Assembly: GCA_030654225.1 (NCBI GenBank)
Contig: JAURXY010000003.1
Location: 16,056 to 80,055 of the forward strand
Direction of reading: 5' to 3'
DNA length: 64,000 bases
Origin: a bacterium
GTDB lineage: Bacteria > Patescibacteriota > Minisyncoccia > Moranbacterales > UBA2206
The notes beneath the pieces were generated by a model. That model ran no database searches, was not told where the DNA came from, and saw nothing but the letters and a program-made list of their open reading frames with translations. The position numbers were made by a program, and so were the translations under genes. Shown here one piece after another: positions 47,776 through 56,270 of this stretch. Within the stretch, counting starts at the first letter, position 1; each line of letters starts with the position of its first letter.

Positions 47776-49668
47776 ATGCACCAGACATTTTATATCGATA
47801 TTGATGAAGAAATAACTTCTATCGTAGAGAGACTCAAGAAAGCCCGAGCGAGTGAAATTATTATAGTCGCACCTAAAAGAGCGTTGCTTATTCAAAGCAT
47901 CGTGAATTTGCGCATTCTCAAAAAAGAAGCGGATGAAAATGATATTCAACTAATGATGGTGACTCAAGATAAGCTTGGGAAAATTCTCATCGAGAAAGCT
48001 GGAATTTTTGTTCAACAAAAAATGGATAATATTTCTGATGAGGAAATCAATCTTAATGAAGAAGATATGGCAGGCGCTCAGAATTATTCCAACGAAAATG
48101 AGATGAATGGAATACGGGAAAGTCAAAATCGACTAAGCAAGATTGGCTCAGAAAATTATTTTAGCGAAGAGGAAAAGGCGCAGTATTTGCAGGCTAATTT
48201 GGAAAAAAACAGAAAAATTAAGGTGATCAAGAAAGATGAACCAATACAAGAAAAATTAATTAACAAAGAGTTGGTATCTGGAGTGGGAAAGATTTCCGGA
48301 AAAAAAGGGATAAGAGTGAGTCTGGATATTTCTACTCGATCAAGTGTTGCTGAAGAGCCAGAAATTATTGAAAAAAGCAGTACGAAAGAAAATGATGGAA
48401 TACAGGAGAAAAAAATAGAGAATTTTTTCTTTCAAAAGAATGATTTTGAAAATAATTCAAGAAAGTCACATGCTGAAGAATTTGGAAATTATGATTTATC
48501 CAAAAAAGATCATAGGGGTTTTTTGATTTTTGGATTAATTTCATCTTTGGCAGTGCTGGCTATCATCGCTTATTTATTTTTGCCAAAAGCTACTTTGAAA
48601 ATTACTGCCAAAGTGAAAACTCAATCAGTTGATTCTAATATAACCGGTAGCATAACGGCCGTTTCTTCTGATTTTGAAAAAGAAATTATTCCAGCCAAGA
48701 TAGTTTCAGCTGAAAGTTCTATTACTGAAAATTTCAAGGCTTCTGGGGATAAATCAGTTTCTAACCAAAAATCGCGAGGTAAAATTACAATTTACAATGA
48801 ATATAACGCTAGTCCACAACCTCTCGTGGCAACAACTAGATTTCTAAGTAGCAACGGAAAAATTTTTAGATTAGTAACGGGAGTGACAATTCCTGGAATG
48901 GAAACGGTTAGGGGAGAAACAAAGCCAGGAACAGTGGAGGCAACCGTGGTTGCAGATACGGCAGGAGAAAGTTTCAATATCGGTCCAGATAAATTTTCAA
49001 TTCCCGGCTTTGAAGGTAGCGGAGCAGAGAAATATACTAAATTTTATGCTAAATCAGATACGGCAATGTCAGGCGGAGGAAGTGGAAATCAAACAGCTAA
49101 TTATATAACCGATAGTGATGTGACTTCCGCCAAAGCCAAGTCTCTCACAAAATTGAATGAAGAAATTAAAAATAAATTAAAAGAATCCGCGGGAGAAGAT
49201 GTGGTTATCTTGGACGACGCGACGCAAGGCGACGAACCAATCTATAAGTTGTCTAATTCAAGTGGAGACGTGGTGGATACGTTTCAAATTACTATGCAAA
49301 CAAAAGTTAAGGCGATTGTGGTCAGCAAAAAAGATCTAAATGAAATGGTGGCGAAAATGATTTCCAAGGCAGGCGATGGTAAGGCAGGTATAGATAGCGC
49401 TTCTATGAAGTTAGATTTTGGAAAATCCAGTGTTGATTTTTCGGCTGGAACCATTGATATAAAATTTCATGCCGTTGGCGAAATTATTCCAAATCTCAAT
49501 TTAGAAGCTATGAAAAAAGAGATTTTAGGAAAAAATAACGAGGATTTAACGGCTTATCTAAGTACATTTTCCGATATCAAGGATGCCAATGTGGAATATC
49601 GGCCGTCATTTATAAATAGTCGCATTCCGCAAATAGAAAGTCGAGTAGAGATAATACTTGACAAATAA
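47776..49668 (+). CDS. Hypothetical bitopic membrane protein (cytoplasmic N-domain, single TM, ~370-aa exported domain)
   Basis: 630 aa with a TM helix at FLIFGLISSLAVLAIIAYLFL. No motif. Directly downstream of the FtsA/PilM-like gene. Confidence 0.45.
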   Translation: MHQTFYIDIDEEITSIVERLKKARASEIIIVAPKRALLIQSIVNLRILKKEADENDIQLMMVTQDKLGKILIEKAGIFVQQKMDNISDEEINLNEEDMAGAQNYSNENEMNGIRESQNRLSKIGSENYFSEEEKAQYLQANLEKNRKIKVIKKDEPIQEKLINKELVSGVGKISGKKGIRVSLDISTRSSVAEEPEIIEKSSTKENDGIQEKKIENFFFQKNDFENNSRKSHAEEFGNYDLSKKDHRGFLIFGLISSLAVLAIIAYLFLPKATLKITAKVKTQSVDSNITGSITAVSSDFEKEIIPAKIVSAESSITENFKASGDKSVSNQKSRGKITIYNEYNASPQPLVATTRFLSSNGKIFRLVTGVTIPGMETVRGETKPGTVEATVVADTAGESFNIGPDKFSIPGFEGSGAEKYTKFYAKSDTAMSGGGSGNQTANYITDSDVTSAKAKSLTKLNEEIKNKLKESAGEDVVILDDATQGDEPIYKLSNSSGDVVDTFQITMQTKVKAIVVSKKDLNEMVAKMISKAGDGKAGIDSASMKLDFGKSSVDFSAGTIDIKFHAVGEIIPNLNLEAMKKEILGKNNEDLTAYLSTFSDIKDANVEYRPSFINSRIPQIESRVEIILDK

Positions 49669-49827
49669 TTGGGGAAGCGATATTATGGTAGGGAAGTTAA
49701 AAATAAAGTTTCAATATATAGAGGGAATTTTTCGGTTTTCAGGAATTTGGATTGATAGTTTAGTCCCAAGACACAAGTGAAATTTTTTCACTGGTCTTGC
49801 GAAATTCCGTCTATTTTTTGTTTTATA

Positions 49828-50046
49828 ATGAATAATAAAGAATTAGTTAAATTAGAAGGAGAAGTTGTGGAAAATTTGCCTAGCACAACGTTCAAGGTAA
49901 AATTGGATAATGGCCATGAAATCTTGGCTCATATTTCTGGAAGAATGCGAGTGAACTATATTCGTCTTATTCCAGGAGATAGAGTTATTGTTGAAATGAG
50001 TCCATACGACCTAACCAAAGGTAGAATTACTCAAAGATTAAAATAG
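49828..50046 (+). CDS. infA: Translation initiation factor IF-1
   Basis: [72 protein letters not shown] is the S1-like IF-1 fold. The start is the internal ATG of the 49777 ORF. Confidence 0.9.
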   Translation: MNNKELVKLEGEVVENLPSTTFKVKLDNGHEILAHISGRMRVNYIRLIPGDRVIVEMSPYDLTKGRITQRLK

Positions 50047-50084
50047 CATGCGAATAGCGCGCTACGAATGCGCCCATGCGAATG
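50046..50084 (+). promoter_or_regulatory. Dispersed-element variant ATGCGAAT-[AGCGCGCTACGAATGCGCCC]-ATGCGAAT (infA-rpmJ spacer)
   Basis: Read directly. Ends 8 nt before the rpmJ ATG. Confidence 0.5.
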
Positions 50085-50091
50085 AAATAAT

Positions 50092-50205
50092 ATGAAAGTA
50101 AGAGCATCAGTAAAAAAAATTTGTGATAAATGTAAAATTGTTAAAAGAAACAAAAAGATTTTTGTTATTTGTTCTAATCCAAAGCATAAACAACGTCAAG
50201 GATAG
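50092..50205 (+). CDS. rpmJ: 50S ribosomal protein L36
   Basis: Translates to [37 protein letters not shown] (37 aa, C-x2-C...C-x4-H zinc ribbon). Missing from the ORF track because it is under 60 aa. Confidence 0.85.
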   Translation: MKVRASVKKICDKCKIVKRNKKIFVICSNPKHKQRQG

Positions 50206-50243
50206 CATGCGAATAGCGCACTACAAATGCGCCCATGCGAATT
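50205..50243 (+). promoter_or_regulatory. Dispersed-element variant ATGCGAAT-[AGCGCACTACAAATGCGCCC]-ATGCGAAT (rpmJ-rpsM spacer)
   Basis: Near-identical copy of 50046-50084. Confidence 0.5.
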
Positions 50244-50256
50244 TATAAAAACAATT

Positions 50257-50643
50257 ATGTTACGAATTTCCGGAGTTAATATTCCAGATGAAAAAAGAAT
50301 AGTGATTTCTCTAACCTATATATATGGGATAGGTAATGCTGTGGCAGCTAAAATTTTGAAAGAGCTTGGCATTTCTCCAGATAAAAGAACCAAAGATTTG
50401 AATGACGAAGAGCAAAATGCTATTCGAACTTACATTGAGAAAAAAATAAAATCTGAAGGAGAGCTTAAGCATGAAGTACGAAACAATATCAAGAGACTCA
50501 AGGAAATTGGTTGTTATCGCGGAACTCGTCATCAAAAAGGTTTGCCAACCAGAGGACAAAGAACTAAAACGAACAATCGAACTGTACGAGGCAATGTGAG
50601 ACGAACAATGGGATCTGGCCGAGTAAAGACTGAAAAGACTTAA
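50257..50643 (+). CDS. rpsM: 30S ribosomal protein S13
   Basis: [26 protein letters not shown]...[21 protein letters not shown]. The start is the internal ATG of the 50227 ORF. Confidence 0.92.
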   Translation: MLRISGVNIPDEKRIVISLTYIYGIGNAVAAKILKELGISPDKRTKDLNDEEQNAIRTYIEKKIKSEGELKHEVRNNIKRLKEIGCYRGTRHQKGLPTRGQRTKTNNRTVRGNVRRTMGSGRVKTEKT

Positions 50644-50650
50644 AAAAGCG

Positions 50651-50688
50651 ATGCGAATCTACGAATGACATGCGAATCTACGAATTAT
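50651..50688 (+). promoter_or_regulatory. Dispersed element: tandem ATGCGAATCTACGAAT dimer (rpsM-rpsK spacer)
   Basis: atgcgaatctacgaatgacatgcgaatctacgaattat, identical to the copy at 34113-34149. Confidence 0.6.
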
Positions 50689-50716
50689 TTTTTTAAAAAA
50701 GTTGATAATTTAAATT

Positions 50717-51187
50717 ATGGCTGAAGAAAAAAAATTAAAAACTGAAGAGAAAAAAGAATCAGAAACAAAAACTGAAGTTTTGGAAGTGGAAAAAAACGAA
50801 GAAGAAGTAGCTAAGAAAAAAATCAAGAAAGCTAAACGACAAATTTCTAAGGGCCGAGCGACAGTTAAGTGTTCATATAACAACACCATGGTGAGTGTGG
50901 CTGACTTGACCGGTTGCGTTTTAGGTTGGGCAAGTTCAGGAATGCTTGGTTTTAAAGGAGCAAAAAAGGCCACTCCATATGCTGCTACTCAAGTGGTGGC
51001 TAATGTAAGTGAAAAAGTAAAAAAATACGGACTAACAGAATTGGAAGTTTTTGTCAAAGGTGTGGGAAGTGGTAGAGAAGCTTCTATCCGCGCGCTGGCT
51101 AATAATGGATTTGATTTAACATTAATCAAGGATGTGACCCCGATTCCACACAATGGATGTCGGGCGAAAAAACCTAGACGAATATAA
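50717..51187 (+). CDS. rpsK: 30S ribosomal protein S11 (with K/E-rich N-terminal extension)
   Basis: Core ..ATVKCSYNNTMVSVADLTGCVLGWASSGMLGFKGAKKATPYAA..PHNGCRAKKPRR. Confidence 0.92.
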   Translation: MAEEKKLKTEEKKESETKTEVLEVEKNEEEVAKKKIKKAKRQISKGRATVKCSYNNTMVSVADLTGCVLGWASSGMLGFKGAKKATPYAATQVVANVSEKVKKYGLTELEVFVKGVGSGREASIRALANNGFDLTLIKDVTPIPHNGCRAKKPRRI

Positions 51188-51192
51188 AGTTT

Positions 51193-51825
51193 ATGGCACG
51201 AGATATACAAGCAAAATGTAGAAAATGCAGAAGGGCTGGAGAAAAGCTTTTTATTAAAGGTGACAGGTGTAACGGACCTAAATGCGCTATGGTAAAACGG
51301 GCTTATGCACCGGGAGTTCATGGCAAAAAAATAAAACGCGGACTTAGCGAATACGGAATGCAACTTGCAACAAAACAGAAGATAAAAAGAATGTATGGTG
51401 TTCTAGAAAAACAATTCAGAAAACATTTTGAAGAGGTAAAAGGAAAAAAAGGAATCACGGGAGATTTGCTGTTGGCTCGCTTGGAAATGCGCCTAGACAA
51501 TGTGGTATATCGAATGGGCTTGGCTAGTTCTAGATCCGGGGCTCGTCAATTAGTTAATCACGGGCTAATTAGCGTGGAAGGAAAAAAAGTGACTATTCCG
51601 TCATATGAAACTAAAATCGGGCAAACTATTGGACTAAATAAGGCTAAAACAGAACGAAATTATTTCAAAAATATAGATCAAGCTTTGAAAAATAAAAAAG
51701 ATTTTCCAGCTTGGATAAGTTTTGACGCGGATAAAAAAGAAGGAAAAGTCACGGGGCAACCACAAAGAATGGATATTGGGGTAAATGTTGACGCCCAAAT
51801 TATAGTGGAATATTATTCTCGATAA
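51193..51825 (+). CDS. rpsD: 30S ribosomal protein S4
   Basis: MARDIQAKCRKCRRAGEKLFIKGDRC (zinc-ribbon-type N-terminus) and an S4 RNA-binding domain. Confidence 0.92.
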   Translation: MARDIQAKCRKCRRAGEKLFIKGDRCNGPKCAMVKRAYAPGVHGKKIKRGLSEYGMQLATKQKIKRMYGVLEKQFRKHFEEVKGKKGITGDLLLARLEMRLDNVVYRMGLASSRSGARQLVNHGLISVEGKKVTIPSYETKIGQTIGLNKAKTERNYFKNIDQALKNKKDFPAWISFDADKKEGKVTGQPQRMDIGVNVDAQIIVEYYSR

Positions 51826-51839
51826 ATTAAAATAACAGA

Positions 51840-51915
51840 AAAATACAGAATACAACAGAATAACACAGAAAAAATTCTGTGTCGTTCTGAAAAATTCTGT
51901 GTCGTTCTGAAAATT
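51840..51915 (+). repeat. Intercistronic repeats before rpoA: 8-bp hairpin plus a 20-bp direct repeat x2
   Basis: acacagaa-aaaa-ttctgtgt hairpin, then (aaaaattctgtgtcgttctga)x2. Confidence 0.7.
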
Positions 51916-51917
51916 AT

Positions 51918-52883
51918 ATGCAAATATCACTTCCTCAAAAACCTAAATATGTTTCTTCGGATAAGAAAACAGCTACTTTCGAAATTGAAGGTTGCTATCC
52001 GGGATATGGAACAACATTAGGCAACGCTCTTCGCAGAGTACTTTTGTCTTCTCTTTCTGGGGCGGCTATCGTTTCTGTTAAGATAAAAAATGTTAAACAT
52101 GAATTTTCCACTATCCCAAATGTAGCGGAAGATATTATTCAGATTATCTTGAACTTGAAGCAAGTGAGATTCAAGCTTTTCGGGGAAGAAAGCGTGAAAG
52201 TTAATTTGAAAGTTAAGGGTGAAAAGAAAATAACTGCTGATATGATAGAATGTCCTTCCAATGTGGAAGTGGTTAATGGCGATGCTTTCATTGCTTCTAT
52301 CACTAGTCCAAAAGGTGAAGTTGAAATAGAAATGGAAATTTCTAGTGGAATTGGTTATATCCCAGTGGAGCAACAAGATCGCGAGAAAAAAGAAGTGGGT
52401 GTGATTGCGGTGGACGCAATTTATACTCCGATTCGAAGAGTTAATTATACTATTTCTAATATGCGCGTGGGAAAAAGAACTGATTTTGAAAAAATAAGTT
52501 TGGAAATTGCAACTGACGGAAGCATTGATCCGCAAGAAGCTTTTTTGAAATCAGTAGAAATTCTCGTGGAACAATTCTCAATCCTTAAGGATTTGGAAAA
52601 AGCTGGTAAGGAAAAAGAAGCGGTTATCGAAGAAAAAAAGGAAGTTGAAGTAGAGGTGAAAAAAGTAGAAAAAGATCCAAATATAGTTGAAATTGCTGAC
52701 CTAAAGAGTCTTTCCACTAGAACTCTAAATGTTTTAGAAAAAGCAAAAATCAAAAATGTTGGTGATATTGTAAAATTAAACGAGGACGAAATTACTAATT
52801 TGGATGGCATGGGAGCAAAAGGCATCAAAGAAATCAAAAAAGCCGTAGGTGATTTCGGGCTAAATTTAAAGAAAGTAGAGTAG
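51918..52883 (+). CDS. rpoA: DNA-directed RNA polymerase alpha subunit
   Basis: N-terminal domain GNALRRVLLSSLSGAAIV... and a C-terminal alphaCTD helix-hairpin-helix. 321 aa. Confidence 0.92.
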   Translation: MQISLPQKPKYVSSDKKTATFEIEGCYPGYGTTLGNALRRVLLSSLSGAAIVSVKIKNVKHEFSTIPNVAEDIIQIILNLKQVRFKLFGEESVKVNLKVKGEKKITADMIECPSNVEVVNGDAFIASITSPKGEVEIEMEISSGIGYIPVEQQDREKKEVGVIAVDAIYTPIRRVNYTISNMRVGKRTDFEKISLEIATDGSIDPQEAFLKSVEILVEQFSILKDLEKAGKEKEAVIEEKKEVEVEVKKVEKDPNIVEIADLKSLSTRTLNVLEKAKIKNVGDIVKLNEDEITNLDGMGAKGIKEIKKAVGDFGLNLKKVE

Positions 52884-52905
52884 ACTAACTAGATTTTTTA
52901 CGATT

Positions 52906-53268
52906 ATGCAACACAAGAATAAAACAAAGGAATTTGGCAGAACAACAAGTCAAAGAAAGGCAATGTATAAAACAATGCTAGGGAGTTTGATTATGCGAGA
53001 GAAAATTCAAACAACTGAGGCAAAAGCTAAAGAGCTCAAAGCCAGAATTGACAAGGTGATCAACAAAGCTAAAATTGGCAATGATGAAAAGAAAAAGCTT
53101 AGCATCCGAAGAGATTTGGTCAAATATATTCCAGAAATTGCTATCAAAAAGATCACCGGAGAATTTTTGAAAAAATTTGAAAAGAAAAATTGTGGCTATA
53201 CAAGAGTGATAAAATTAGCTCCAAGAAAAAGTGATGGAGCCAGAGTTGCAGTAATTGAATTTATATAA
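52906..53268 (+). CDS. rplQ: 50S ribosomal protein L17
   Basis: GRTTSQRKAMYKTMLGSLIMREKIQTTEAKAKELK. Confidence 0.9.
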   Translation: MQHKNKTKEFGRTTSQRKAMYKTMLGSLIMREKIQTTEAKAKELKARIDKVINKAKIGNDEKKKLSIRRDLVKYIPEIAIKKITGEFLKKFEKKNCGYTRVIKLAPRKSDGARVAVIEFI

Positions 53269-53270
53269 TT

Positions 53271-53657
53271 ATGAAAACAATCAACAGAAAATATCATTTA
53301 TTTGATGCGAAAAAAGAAAATCTTGGAAGAATGGCAACAAAAATTGCGACAATTCTTCGTGGTAAAAACAAAGTTGATTTCACTCCAAATATCGACGGTG
53401 GTGATTTTGTGGTGGTTATAAATTCTGACAATCTGCAAGTGACTGGCAATAAACTAGATGGAAAGTTGTACCATCATTATAGCGGATATCCTGGAGGAAT
53501 TAGAAGCGTAAAACTCAAAGATCAAATTGAAAAAGATTCTCGAGAAGTCATCAAAATGGCAGTTTATGGAATGTTGTCAAAAAATAAATTGAGAGATTTG
53601 ATGATAAAGAGACTTTTGATATACAAAGATGATAAGCATGAGCACAAGATTTCCTAA
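53271..53657 (+). CDS. rplM: 50S ribosomal protein L13
   Basis: GRMATKIATILRGKNKVDFTPNIDGGDFVVVIN...HYSGYPGG. Confidence 0.9.
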   Translation: MKTINRKYHLFDAKKENLGRMATKIATILRGKNKVDFTPNIDGGDFVVVINSDNLQVTGNKLDGKLYHHYSGYPGGIRSVKLKDQIEKDSREVIKMAVYGMLSKNKLRDLMIKRLLIYKDDKHEHKIS

Positions 53658-53680
53658 TTATATTAGTAGAGAAAAAAATT

Positions 53681-54142
53681 ATGCCAACAAAGAAAATTGT
53701 AAAAAAAGAAGATAAGATAGTTGAAAAAAAAGAAGTTGCCAAGAAAGGAACTTATTTTTATGCAGTCGGCAGAAGAAAAACTGCTATAGCTAGAGTCAAG
53801 ATTTTTCCATCTGACATTGCTCAAAATACACTCGTGATAAATGAAAAGAAATTCGAAGAATATTTTCCAGTGAGTCGCTGGCGAGATTTGGCGAAAGCCC
53901 CCTTAGCTTTAGCAGGTGAAGGTGCAAAATTTAGCGTAGAAGCAAAGGTTTATGGTGGCGGAATAAGTGCACAGGCTGACGCAGTAAAACTTGGAATTGC
54001 TAGAGCGCTTGTGCTTTTTGACAAAGAATTGAAAAAAGCTTTGAAGGGAGAAAAATATCTAACCCGTGATCCGCGAGAAGTGGAACGCAAGAAATTCGGC
54101 CTCAAAAAAGCTAGAAAAGCCCCTCAATGGGCGAAACGATAG
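53681..54142 (+). CDS. rpsI: 30S ribosomal protein S9
   Basis: YFYAVGRRKTAIARVKIFP...GGGISAQADAVKLGIARAL...KKARKAPQWAKR. Confidence 0.9.
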   Translation: MPTKKIVKKEDKIVEKKEVAKKGTYFYAVGRRKTAIARVKIFPSDIAQNTLVINEKKFEEYFPVSRWRDLAKAPLALAGEGAKFSVEAKVYGGGISAQADAVKLGIARALVLFDKELKKALKGEKYLTRDPREVERKKFGLKKARKAPQWAKR

Positions 54143-54166
54143 GAAATTTTATTTATGTATTTCTCA

Positions 54167-54200
54167 AAATACCCCCGACAAAGTCGGGGGTATTTTTTTG
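54167..54200 (+). terminator. Rho-independent terminator after the ribosomal operon
   Basis: Stem acccccgac/gtcgggggt with a 4-nt loop, followed by an 8-T run. Confidence 0.8.
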
Positions 54201-54416
54201 CTATAAAATTGATTTTAGAGTAAAATAAGAGATAGAAAATAAAAAAAGGCTCCTTAGGTACTAACACCTTTCGGATCCTTTTCGTCTTTATGCATAAAAT
54301 ATACACCCAAATCAGCGAAATGTCAACAGTATCAACTAAACCTATTCATAATACACTTATTTAGACTAAATATTCCACAAAATTTGCGAACACATCCTTT
54401 GGCTTATTAGGAAAAA

Positions 54417-54444
54417 GGGGGTAGAATGGAAGTGTTAAGTAATC
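54417..54444 (+). promoter_or_regulatory. Conserved ~28-bp element GGGGGTAGAATGGAAGTGTTAAGTAATC (copy 1)
   Basis: Nearly identical to 56000-56027. The GTTAAGTAA core also occurs at 56050-56060, 61331-61340 and 61343-61354. Confidence 0.6.
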
Positions 54445-54776
54445 TGATGAATTGCGTAATATAAATAATTCGGGGTGGTGGTGAATCAAAATTGAAAAAC
54501 ATTCTCAAAACCGTGAAAATGCACTAATTTTAACCACATTTTCACGATTATGTTGACAAAAACGTGAAATCTCTAGAAAAAGGCGTTTGGAAGATTGGGG
54601 TTGAAAATTAGAAAAAATCATAAAAAAGAAATTGAATTACAAGAAAAATTACCAGTTTTTGTGAAAAACTAAGCATAAATAAGCCATCTTAGCGGATAGT
54701 TTAAGCTACTTGACTAGTGTAAACAAAAATGATATATTAGTTTATGCTAGTATATTAGAGTAAACTAAATAACTTT

Positions 54777-55922
54777 ATGAAAAATATAATTGGAATAAAG
54801 AAAAAACACATAAAGGGATATAACTATCTTTCCCTTTTTTCTTTTCCTTCAAATGAGATAAGAAATGCTATTCCGAATTCGCTGATTCAAAAATCAAATC
54901 ATGCGCAATTTCTTTTAGGAAAACTTTCTGGAATTACAATATTACTCCCGGATGTCAATTATTTTATAAGCTCGTATGTCATGAAAGATGCGGCGTCTTC
55001 TTCTCAAATCGAAGGAACAAAAGCGACTATGATTGATGCTTTGGAATATGTTGCTGATTCGATGAGCGAAAGCGACACGGACGCAGACGATATTGCTCAT
55101 TATATACAGGCTTTAAATTATGGCCTAGACAGATTAAAGCAAGAAAATTTTCCTTTCACCCTTCGTTTTATAAGAGAGTTGCATGGCAAATTGATGCAAA
55201 AAGCGCGATCAACTCATTTTGCTGATCCTGGTGAATTTCGCAAGTCTCAAAATTGGATTGGCGGAACAAGACCTGATAATGCAAGTTTTGTGCCACCTGC
55301 TCCAGAAGAAATTGCCAGTGCACTTGGTGATCTTGAAAAGTTTATCCATTCTTCATTTGCCCATCCGGTCGTGGACGCTGGTTTATTGCATGCGCAATTT
55401 GAAACTATCCATCCATTTTTGGACGGCAATGGTCGCACAGGAAGGCTTTTGATTACTTTTTATCTAATTCATCATAAATATCTTGAGTTGCCGGCATTAT
55501 TTTTGTCGTCTTATTTTAAAAAATATCAAAAAGTTTATTATCAGAGACTTGGTAAATATCATAATGGCAATATTTTGCCATGGCTTGAATTTTTTACGGA
55601 TGCGGTAATTGAAACGGCAAATGAGGCAATAGAAATATCAAAAAAGGTGACGAAATTACGCGATCGAGATTTGATTATTATTTCAAGATTTAGCAAAAAA
55701 ACTTCAGATATTGCTGTAAAGGTTGTGCAGAGGTTATATAAAGATCCAATAGTTTCATCTACTACTATCCAAGAGTGGATTGGTCAAACAAAACCGGGTG
55801 CGCTTAAATTTATTGATAAACTTATTGAGTCGGATATTTTAGTGCTTCATCGCAAAGGAGAAGGAACACGTCCATCATTATATGCACATAAAGAATATCT
55901 AAAAATTTTTGCTGAAAAATAA
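54777..55922 (+). CDS. Fic/DOC family protein (long form with C-terminal wHTH-like region)
   Basis: Canonical FIC motif HPFLDGNGRTGRLL. 381 aa. Confidence 0.8.
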   Translation: MKNIIGIKKKHIKGYNYLSLFSFPSNEIRNAIPNSLIQKSNHAQFLLGKLSGITILLPDVNYFISSYVMKDAASSSQIEGTKATMIDALEYVADSMSESDTDADDIAHYIQALNYGLDRLKQENFPFTLRFIRELHGKLMQKARSTHFADPGEFRKSQNWIGGTRPDNASFVPPAPEEIASALGDLEKFIHSSFAHPVVDAGLLHAQFETIHPFLDGNGRTGRLLITFYLIHHKYLELPALFLSSYFKKYQKVYYQRLGKYHNGNILPWLEFFTDAVIETANEAIEISKKVTKLRDRDLIIISRFSKKTSDIAVKVVQRLYKDPIVSSTTIQEWIGQTKPGALKFIDKLIESDILVLHRKGEGTRPSLYAHKEYLKIFAEK

Positions 55923-55999
55923 TTGGATTTTAAAATTAGAAAATATCACAAAAAAAGAAAAAGCCCATCACGGGCTTTTTCTTTACGAAAGGGGGGATT

Positions 56000-56060
56000 G
56001 GGGGTAAGATATAAGTGTTAAGTAACCCGCCTCATCGGCGGACAAGCATGTTAAGTAACA
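56000..56060 (+). promoter_or_regulatory. Conserved element GGGGGTAAGATATAAGTGTTAAGTAACC (copy 2) plus a second GTTAAGTAACA
   Basis: Read directly. Lies upstream of the AbrB-like/MTase operon. Confidence 0.6.
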
Positions 56061-56078
56061 AAACTAAAAACAAATAAT

Positions 56079-56261
56079 ATGCCTACGCGAAAAATTGAGG
56101 AGAAAAATGTGAGGAAATTAACCCGCATGGGGAGAGCGGGAAGTAGTCTCGGGATGACCATCCCGAAAGAAATTGTCCAGGAACTTGGTTGGCGAGAACG
56201 TCAGAAAGTGGTTGTGAAAAAGTTGGGGAATAAATTAATCATTGAGGATTGGAAGAAATAA
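56079..56261 (+). CDS. AbrB/MazE/SpoVT-type swapped-hairpin DNA-binding protein (antitoxin/controller-like)
   Basis: 60 aa: RKLTRMGRAGSSLGMTIPKEIVQELGWRERQKVVVKKLGNKLIIE is the typical SpoVT-AbrB fold pattern. Directly upstream of the MTase. Confidence 0.55.
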   Translation: MPTRKIEEKNVRKLTRMGRAGSSLGMTIPKEIVQELGWRERQKVVVKKLGNKLIIEDWKK

Positions 56262-56270
56262 ATAAGAATT

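Noticed and set aside
54124-54306. 60-aa minus-strand ORF in the post-ribosomal-operon spacer
   Set aside because: It overlaps the rpsI terminator hairpin, has no start context and has no motif. It is most likely spurious.
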